The position numbers and the translations under genes were made by a program. Positions 57,182 to 64,000 of a stretch of 64,000 nucleotides of DNA are shown here, in pieces. The stretch spans positions 115,799-179,798 of the forward strand of contig JAEOTE010000007.1 in assembly GCA_016839945.1 (NCBI GenBank), written 5' to 3'. The notes below the pieces were generated by a model. The model searched no databases, had not been told where the DNA came from, and saw only the letters and a list, made by a program, of their open reading frames with translations. The DNA is from Candidatus Heimdallarchaeota archaeon (lineage in GTDB: Archaea > Asgardarchaeota > Heimdallarchaeia > Heimdallarchaeales > Heimdallarchaeaceae). Position 1 is the stretch's first letter. Each line of letters starts with the position of its first letter.

Positions 57182-57399
57182 TTTTACACCAATACAGAAA
57201 ATCAGCCACTTACATTTATAAAATTTTGCAAAAACAGTATAAACTTCAAAATAGAAAGGTAGCTTAATAAGTGCTCAAGAGTGATTGAGAAAGATTAAGA
57301 TTAAAATTTATTCTTAACTTTTATAGGAGTTAAAGAAGTCTATTTATTGTGTATGATTAAACATAGAAGGGTGTATATTCAGAAAAGGAGTAAGTAATC

Positions 57400-58197
57400 A
57401 TGAATGATGATTTAAAAAATCAGAGAATAAAATTGATTGAAGACAACATTTCTGCCCTTTTAGCGAATTGGAAAGATTTAGAAGGTGCTGAATTTATTCA
57501 TGATTCTACAAAAATTCAACTTGTTACAGGTATGCCCTTCGCTTTCCTAAATTCAATTGCAAATACAAATTTTACTGGGAGTAATATTGAAAAGCAAATA
57601 GAAGATACGTTAGTTCCATATAGAACAAAAAAAGTTCCTGTCCTTTGGTGGATTGGACCAAATTCAAAGCCTGATGATTTAGATATTTATCTTGAAGATT
57701 TAAATTTCAAAAAAGGAGATGAACCACCGGGCATGTATATGAATCTAAAAAAATTAGACTTATCCTATAAGAGAATACCTGAACTTAGAGTAGAACTGGT
57801 CCAAAATGAAAAACATGTAGAAGATTGGGTTTCAGCATTCATTGCAGGTTTAGGTGGTACAGAAAATCAAAAGAAACATTTCTTTAAATCAGAAATGGCT
57901 TTACTTCAAAAAAGTGATTATGTCAGATTTATTGGTTATTGGAATGAGGAACCAGTAACAACATCTGCTTTAATTCTTGATGAAAATGTTGCAGGGGTAT
58001 ATTTAGTTGTTACTAAGCCTGACCATAGAGGTAAAGGATTAGGTACTGCTATAACAATTGCTGCTCTTAAAAACGTATATGAGAGAGGTTATCAAGAAGC
58101 AATATTACAGAGTTCTCAAATGGGGTATAACATATACAGAAGGATAGGATTTGAAGAATACTGCAAATTCAAATGGTATTTCTACAGATTTGAATAG
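57400..58197 (+). CDS. GNAT family acetyltransferase
   Basis: VVTKPDHRGKGLG, LQSS.MG..IYRRIGF. Confidence 0.92.
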   Translation: MNDDLKNQRIKLIEDNISALLANWKDLEGAEFIHDSTKIQLVTGMPFAFLNSIANTNFTGSNIEKQIEDTLVPYRTKKVPVLWWIGPNSKPDDLDIYLEDLNFKKGDEPPGMYMNLKKLDLSYKRIPELRVELVQNEKHVEDWVSAFIAGLGGTENQKKHFFKSEMALLQKSDYVRFIGYWNEEPVTTSALILDENVAGVYLVVTKPDHRGKGLGTAITIAALKNVYERGYQEAILQSSQMGYNIYRRIGFEEYCKFKWYFYRFE

Positions 58198-58404
58198 TAG
58201 ATGTTTTGTTAATCTTGGTTGAAAAAAGAGAAAAAAGAGAATTTCTAATAGAAGATAAAACCTAGCCAATTCCAATATCAGTGTTAAGAATTGAATTTCT
58301 AGTAATTATTGCATCATTTAGTAAAATGATCTGTTTATCAAAGAGGATTAAAACATAAAGAGAGAAACAGTACTAACTCTGAAAAGGTATAAATAGAAGG
58401 TAAA

Positions 58405-59367
58405 GTGAATATCAAGTTGATAACCTTGTTGAAAAAGAAATTATTTCTAGATATTATTTTATGCGGATTATTAGTAACTATATTATTAGGATCCTATTTT
58501 GTTAGTTCTGAAACAACACAAGGTGACCAATGTTGGGGTACTATAAAAGATACTTACACGTACATGCATGATTTCGATTATTATAACTATAAAAAAGATA
58601 ATCCATTGACTAAAATCAGGGAGGAAATAACTTTCTGGGATGTTAAGAGTGAAGGGAATAACATATCATTTCGAACAGACTTAAAGGAAATTTTCTTAGG
58701 TATAGTAAACTGTGAGAGTGAAGAATGCTATGATGAATATCGAGAAGCATGGAAGTATGATAGCGTAACAGATAGTTTTGAAGTTACTTATAGATATGAT
58801 AATATATCTCAGAAATTAGGATTTGTAGACCCACTCAATAACGAATCAGATTTCTTGGAATTAAATGTAGATATACCTCTGAATCCTGTCGAACTTGGTA
58901 TTTACCTCATAAATTATTGGGGTGGTTTGGGATTTACTTTCCTTCCTGTATCACATTATAATTTTTCTTTTATGCCGGATTTTAGTATTTATGAAGAAGC
59001 TTATTCTGATTTTGAGATTAGTTTTAGTGAAATATTCAAATTTAAAAGAAAGAAATTTGAAGGATATAGTTATGAGTTTTCTTATACCTATGAAGATCAA
59101 ATCTATGAAGGACTTAATTTCAAGCAAGAATTGTACACTAAATTTTCTTACAATATCCAAGGAGTTCTTTATCATTTTTATCATCATGATAAGTATTTTG
59201 AAGGAAGTTCTTCATCATATGAATTGACAAGAGAAAGTTTTTTGGATTATTCAATTGAAACTTATGATGATAGTTTGGTTATTGCTACTTTTTCTGCTGT
59301 ATATGGAATAAGTGGAATCTTAGTATTTGTTATTGTTCTTATTGGCAGGAAAAAAAAACAAACTTGA
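58405..59367 (+). CDS. Secreted protein with C-terminal TM anchor
   Basis: N-terminal hydrophobic segment, Tyr/Phe-rich body, YNIQGVL, TM plus RKKK. Confidence 0.75.
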   Translation: MNIKLITLLKKKLFLDIILCGLLVTILLGSYFVSSETTQGDQCWGTIKDTYTYMHDFDYYNYKKDNPLTKIREEITFWDVKSEGNNISFRTDLKEIFLGIVNCESEECYDEYREAWKYDSVTDSFEVTYRYDNISQKLGFVDPLNNESDFLELNVDIPLNPVELGIYLINYWGGLGFTFLPVSHYNFSFMPDFSIYEEAYSDFEISFSEIFKFKRKKFEGYSYEFSYTYEDQIYEGLNFKQELYTKFSYNIQGVLYHFYHHDKYFEGSSSSYELTRESFLDYSIETYDDSLVIATFSAVYGISGILVFVIVLIGRKKKQT

Positions 59368-59390
59368 ACCGCAATTGAATTTCTCAAAAA

Positions 59391-60224
59391 TTGTTTATTT
59401 TGAAGGAAGATTTAATAGATAAACAAGATTCTGTTTTATTTATGCCGTTTGTAGATAATAAAGGAATAAAAATACATTATCAAGTTGAAGGAAAAGGTTA
59501 TCCAATAATATTAATAACAGGTTTTCAAGGATCAATTGAAGACTGGTATAAATCCAATTATGTTGTTTCACTAAAGCAAAAATATCAACTTATACTGATT
59601 GATAAAAGAGGACATGGGAAAAGTGACAAACCTCACAATCCTGAGGACTATATACAAGAGAAACTTGCATCAGATATTATAGCAGTTATGGATGAGTTAG
59701 AAATTGAGAAAGCACATTTCTGGGGATATTCGTTTGGAGGATATATTGGGATAATTCTAGCTAAATATAATCCGGAAAGGTTTCACACATTTATATTTGG
59801 AGGAGTTTCTCCTCAAGAAATACAAGAAGAACAGCAAGAAAGAATGAATATGTTCTTTAATTCTATGAAAGAAGGTCTTAAAGGATATATTGACTTTCAT
59901 GATAAACATGGAATTGAAATAACTCCTGAATATAGAAAAGAGATAGAGAGTTGGGACTTTGATGCACTAAATGCAGCAACTAGGAGTGAAGATATATTTC
60001 AAAACATGGAGCCACAATTACTGCAACTAGATGCACCTGTTTTATTCTATGCGGGAGAAAATGATGAATGGTATCATCATCCAAGACAAGTAGAATTTAG
60101 CAAGAAAATGAAAAATGCTAAAGTAGTTGGAATTCCTGACCATGGTCATGGAGTTAATAGAGAAAAAGATTTAGTTCTACCGCGCGTACTAGAGTTTCTG
60201 GAAAATGTAGAAGAAAATATGTGA
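59391..60224 (+). CDS. Alpha/beta hydrolase (likely start ATG 59442)
   Basis: DKRGHGKSDKP, GYSFGG, GEND, GH. Confidence 0.92.
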   Translation: MFILKEDLIDKQDSVLFMPFVDNKGIKIHYQVEGKGYPIILITGFQGSIEDWYKSNYVVSLKQKYQLILIDKRGHGKSDKPHNPEDYIQEKLASDIIAVMDELEIEKAHFWGYSFGGYIGIILAKYNPERFHTFIFGGVSPQEIQEEQQERMNMFFNSMKEGLKGYIDFHDKHGIEITPEYRKEIESWDFDALNAATRSEDIFQNMEPQLLQLDAPVLFYAGENDEWYHHPRQVEFSKKMKNAKVVGIPDHGHGVNREKDLVLPRVLEFLENVEENM

Positions 60225-60315
60225 GTTTACAAAAAAATAAATTGAATAAAAACCTGATAGAAAAACTTTCATTTAAAAAAATACATTTAAGAAGGTTTAT
60301 GCTACTTATCATTTT

Positions 60316-61098
60316 ATGCCGTTTGTAGAAAATGAGGGAGTAAAAATCCACTATGTTGTTGAGGGACAAGGAGCACCATTAGTAATGCTACATGGAGGAC
60401 CTGGTAGTCACCAAGAATGGTATGCATGTAATCACGTACATACTCTAATGAACCAATATCAACTCATTCTTCCTGATCTCAGGGGGAACGGGCAGAGTGA
60501 CAAACCTCATGATTCGGAATCATATTCAACGAAGCATTATACCTCTGATATTATTGCAATTTTAGATAATTTGAACATAGACAAAGCTCATTGTTGGGGA
60601 TATTCACTTGGAGGATACTTAGCTTTTTGTCTATCTAGAGATTATCCAGAACGGTTCCTCAGTTACATTATAGGAGGAGCTCAACCTATGGGATTAAGTG
60701 CGGAAGTAAAGGAATACCAAAATTCTATCAGAGAAAAACTCAAGAGAGGAGCAGAAGGTTTAATAGAGCATCTCAAGGAGAGAGGAGATACTATTTCACC
60801 AGAAACTGAGAAACACTTTAGAACTTGGGACTTTGTAGCAATTAACGCATGGTCAGATAATGAAGATATATTTAGCAAAGTAGATGAACATCTCCCAGAA
60901 CTTGATGAACCATTTCTGCTTTATGCAGGAGAATTAGACGAATGGAATCCTTATCCCCATCTTGTAGAAATTAGCAAGAAAATGAAAAATGCAAAAACAA
61001 TCCTCTTTGAAGCAAAAGGACATACAGTACAATTCATTCCAGGAGTTGTTCTTCCTCATGTACTAGAATTTCTTGAAGGAATAGAAAAAAAGGAATAA
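60316..61098 (+). CDS. Alpha/beta hydrolase, tandem paralog
   Basis: HGGPG, DLRGNGQSDKP, GYSLGG, GELD, GH. Confidence 0.93.
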   Translation: MPFVENEGVKIHYVVEGQGAPLVMLHGGPGSHQEWYACNHVHTLMNQYQLILPDLRGNGQSDKPHDSESYSTKHYTSDIIAILDNLNIDKAHCWGYSLGGYLAFCLSRDYPERFLSYIIGGAQPMGLSAEVKEYQNSIREKLKRGAEGLIEHLKERGDTISPETEKHFRTWDFVAINAWSDNEDIFSKVDEHLPELDEPFLLYAGELDEWNPYPHLVEISKKMKNAKTILFEAKGHTVQFIPGVVLPHVLEFLEGIEKKE

Positions 61099-61145
61099 TG
61101 TTGCTTAGTTCTATTATTAATATTGTAAAACTGAAATCCAATCAT

Positions 61146-61694
61146 TTACATGCTTTTTGTACTTCTATTATCTAGTTCAGATTTAAATTTCTGTATTTGT
61201 TTATATTCGATAATTAGAAAAACTCCTGGAAAAATTCCAGGAACCATCCAAATTAAGAAGTAAAGAGCGAGTAATTCTCCTGATGACATTGATATTGATG
61301 TTAATACTATAGAAAGAATCACGAAAAACATAGTTATAACTAATAATATTATTGAAAGAATTCTTTTTTTCTTAATTTTCTCTGATAATTCTTCATCTGC
61401 AAGCTTTGTTAAATCTTTGATACTTCTCTTCTTAGTACTATCTCTTCTCGAGTAAACAAATCTAAATAATGTAAATGAAAAAGCCAATATGAAGACTATT
61501 GTGCAAGGAATAGCTAAGAGAGCAAACCATTCATCAATAAATCCCCACATAAAATATCCTGCAAAAGAACCTATTAACCCCCCAGATAAAGAGATAACTA
61601 AGATTATTTTAGCTTTAGTATTATCAGTTTTAGAATAAATCTTAGACAACTTATCAACAGAATCAGGCGTTTCTTCAGTTGGAACTTGTGTCAT
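61146..61694 (-). CDS. 4-TM membrane protein related to 37895/38545 family
   Basis: LADEELSEKIKKKR-TM-TM-...ELDNR. Confidence 0.65.
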   Translation of the reverse strand: MTQVPTEETPDSVDKLSKIYSKTDNTKAKIILVISLSGGLIGSFAGYFMWGFIDEWFALLAIPCTIVFILAFSFTLFRFVYSRRDSTKKRSIKDLTKLADEELSEKIKKKRILSIILLVITMFFVILSIVLTSISMSSGELLALYFLIWMVPGIFPGVFLIIEYKQIQKFKSELDNRSTKSM

Positions 61695-61836
61695 AACAAA
61701 AAAAATTGATTAGTTTTCTATTTAAAAGTTGTTACAGAATTTAGAAAGAAAATTAAAACGCAAAAGAGATTGGAATTCTAGACTTTGGTAATGATGTTGT
61801 CGATTAAAAAGATTTAAACTAGGTAAAGGTAAAGAA

Positions 61837-63432
61837 TTAAGCCATACTCAGTATAGCTCTACTTCTTAGTTTGAAGATCCAATGACTGATAAAGGGGAAT
61901 AACACTCTTAGGGTTCTCTTACTTGCACTGAATCTATTGATTATGTGCTTAGCAGTATTCATACCTGAATAGAAACAAGGAGGTAATCCTCCACTTACTA
62001 TATTTGCACCAGCAAAGAACAATCTTCTTATTGGAGTTTTTCTACCTATTCTTCCTGAACCTTCTCTTGCTCCATACCAAGCTCCTTCAGTATTCAGAGT
62101 ATATCTTTCAAAAGTTAAAGGTGTTGCAATAAGTTTTGAGGTAATATGCTTAGACAAATCAGGGATCATATTCTCTGCTAGCTTAATGAGTTTATCAGCA
62201 TAATACTTCTTTATTCTATTGTACTCTTTACGATTTTCAAACTTCCATTTATTTCTCCAATTATAAGGAGCAAATGTGAACAATATAACTGAAGATTTAC
62301 CCTTGTTTAGCAATCCTCGATCGATTTTAGTTGGAATTCTAAGTAAAACTTCTTTTGGGTTGAAATCGTTTTCAAGGTATCCTCTAACACATTCTTCTGG
62401 ATCTAAGTTATAGACTAGATGTGATGGATAGTCTTTAAGTTCCTTATCTAATCCTAAGAACACTGAAAAACCTGAAATAGATTGATTTAGTTTGGCTATT
62501 TTAACCAAGTATCTATTGGGTATTTTCTTGTAATCCACATACTCAAATATGGTTCTTTTTAGGTCAGCATTAGAGATAATCCATTTTCCTTTAATAAAAG
62601 TCCCGTCTGATAGTTCTACCCCTATTGCTGTTCTTCTCTTTGTTATTATTCTTGATACTTTGCTTTTATATCGAATCTCTCCACCTTTGTTCTCGTATGT
62701 ATTTACCATGCTTTCTGCGAAATTTAGCATTCCACCTCTAGGGTAAAAATACCCATCGAAAACAGGAGAGAAAAACATTATAGCTGCTGCTGTTGCTTTT
62801 ATTGAAGCTGATGGTATTCCATACCACAGAATATAGACTGAGAGTACTTTTTTCAGCTGTTCATTGGATATGAATTTGGTAAGGAAATCTTTGTATGACA
62901 TAAAAGCATATTTTCTCATCTGAGGACATTTCAATCCTATTTTCAGGATATCCTTAAATGATGGATCTACTCCTTCTTTTACAGCATTGTTAAATTCATT
63001 ATGTATCTTCCTAAGTACTTTGAAAAGTTTCTTGATTTCATCTTCATTCTCTGGAAATTTCTCAATGAGTTCTTCTTCATACTTAATAGGATCTGCATAC
63101 ATTGTAACAGTCTTATCTGGAAAATGTAAAACTTCTAAGGGATCAACTCTGATATATTCAGGATTAATACCCAAACTAGCTATCGATTGTCGGAAGTTTT
63201 GATTTTCTCCGCACATAACTAAGCCTTCGGCTCCAGAATCAAAGTAGTAACCATTGTGTCTAAATCCACTTATGTATCCACCTGGTGCATTATGTTGTTC
63301 TAAAATCAGTGATTTCATCTCGGGTTTTAATGTCTGCAAAGTAAGACCTGCAGAGAGACCACCAATTCCTGAACCAATGATTATAACATCGTAAGTTGCT
63401 ACTTGTTTTGGCATACTATCATCGAGATTCAC
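61837..63432 (-). CDS. Phytoene desaturase (CrtI)-like FAD-dependent oxidoreductase
   Basis: IIGSGIGGL, EQH..PGG, FDSG, YPRGG, SNAD, TPLTFERY..N.EGAWYG, LFFAG. Confidence 0.9.
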   Translation of the reverse strand: MNLDDSMPKQVATYDVIIIGSGIGGLSAGLTLQTLKPEMKSLILEQHNAPGGYISGFRHNGYYFDSGAEGLVMCGENQNFRQSIASLGINPEYIRVDPLEVLHFPDKTVTMYADPIKYEEELIEKFPENEDEIKKLFKVLRKIHNEFNNAVKEGVDPSFKDILKIGLKCPQMRKYAFMSYKDFLTKFISNEQLKKVLSVYILWYGIPSASIKATAAAIMFFSPVFDGYFYPRGGMLNFAESMVNTYENKGGEIRYKSKVSRIITKRRTAIGVELSDGTFIKGKWIISNADLKRTIFEYVDYKKIPNRYLVKIAKLNQSISGFSVFLGLDKELKDYPSHLVYNLDPEECVRGYLENDFNPKEVLLRIPTKIDRGLLNKGKSSVILFTFAPYNWRNKWKFENRKEYNRIKKYYADKLIKLAENMIPDLSKHITSKLIATPLTFERYTLNTEGAWYGAREGSGRIGRKTPIRRLFFAGANIVSGGLPPCFYSGMNTAKHIINRFSASKRTLRVLFPFISHWIFKLRSRAILSMA

Positions 63433-63905
63433 TAGGAGTCATTCATAAAGTACTGCTTTCAACAAAAATCATTATATGCAGATAAATTAGGTTAGAGAGG
63501 TTTTAGTTGCATTTTAGAAATTGACTCGTGAAATTTGACACTATCACTACTGAGACTAGCTTGAATATTTACTTGGCTAAATATCAAGATAAAGAGGAAT
63601 AGAACGAAATAGAAAGGTTTCATTTTCATATGTATCCTATAACGGTTTATAATCTCAAAAGTAAATTTTGTCCTTCCATTTTAAATAAGAGTTCTTTTTT
63701 CACCTTGTAAGAAGATATCTAAGTCTATTTTTAAGCCTTCTATTTCCTTTTTAGAAACTGAACACCTTTTTGGAAGATATGTCTGGAAGACAATAAGATA
63801 GGTTATTAGAAAAACCTTCTTATGAGAATAGCTGTTTTAAATTGATATCAATGACAATATATAGTTAATCAAGTACAATTACTTATTTGTAGAATTAACG
63901 ATTCA

Positions 63906-64000
63906 TTATACTTTGCATCTTTCATCTAAAAGAAAGGAAAATGAGAGACTTAATACAGCTCTGGCATCGTTAGAATTAATTTCCTCATTCTTTGCATGTG
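63906..64000 (-). CDS. C-terminal end of a gene entering from beyond the window
   Basis: Frame reads ...HAKNEEINSNDARAVLSLSFSFLLDERCKV* (TAA at 63906-63908); too short to assign. Confidence 0.35.
   Translation of the reverse strand, partial: HAKNEEINSNDARAVLSLSFSFLLDERCKV

Noticed and set aside
63492-63629. 45-codon minus-strand ORF with a signal-peptide-like start (MKMKPFYFVLFLFILIFSQVNIQA...)
   Set aside because: Too short and unsupported; it may be a remnant of a secreted-protein gene or chance in AT-rich DNA.
1-64000. CRISPR arrays, tRNAs, rRNAs, IS elements
   Set aside because: No spaced direct repeats, cloverleafs, transposase motifs or terminal inverted repeats were seen by eye.

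Overview
AT-rich archaeal chromosome segment with no mobile element, CRISPR array, rRNA or tRNA seen. The gene content points to an Asgard archaeon, probably Heimdallarchaeia-like; this is inference from gene families, not from a marker gene. The largest feature is missing from the supplied ORF track because it has no stop inside the window. It is a single minus-strand ORF from 11839 to beyond base 1 (at least 3946 codons): a complete DNA topoisomerase VI subunit B with a plant-like ATP lid, fused to about 3,400 aa of degenerate tandem HhH/Rad51-NTD/RNAP-alpha-CTD-like repeats. Next to it lie a CD36/SR-B1/LIMP-2-like two-TM protein with an inserted LVIVD beta-propeller, and two divergent tubulin/FtsZ-fold paralogs. 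One paralog keeps the GGGTGS loop and sits in an operon with membrane proteins; the other has lost it. Further along are a candidate ~115-nt pseudoknotted ncRNA upstream of a DRG-like GTPase and a 1473-aa Ig-repeat single-pass receptor. The receptor's cytoplasmic tail resembles the folliculin/SMCR8 uDENN (longin) domain with the Arg-finger position intact, and a stand-alone uDENN-like gene lies nearby. The rest is accessory metabolism (pyruvate kinase, nitroreductase, SDR, hydrolases, GNATs, PadR with a heterodimeric ABC exporter, CrtI-like oxidoreductase) and C-terminally anchored surface proteins. All homology calls come from motif recognition by eye; no searches were run.
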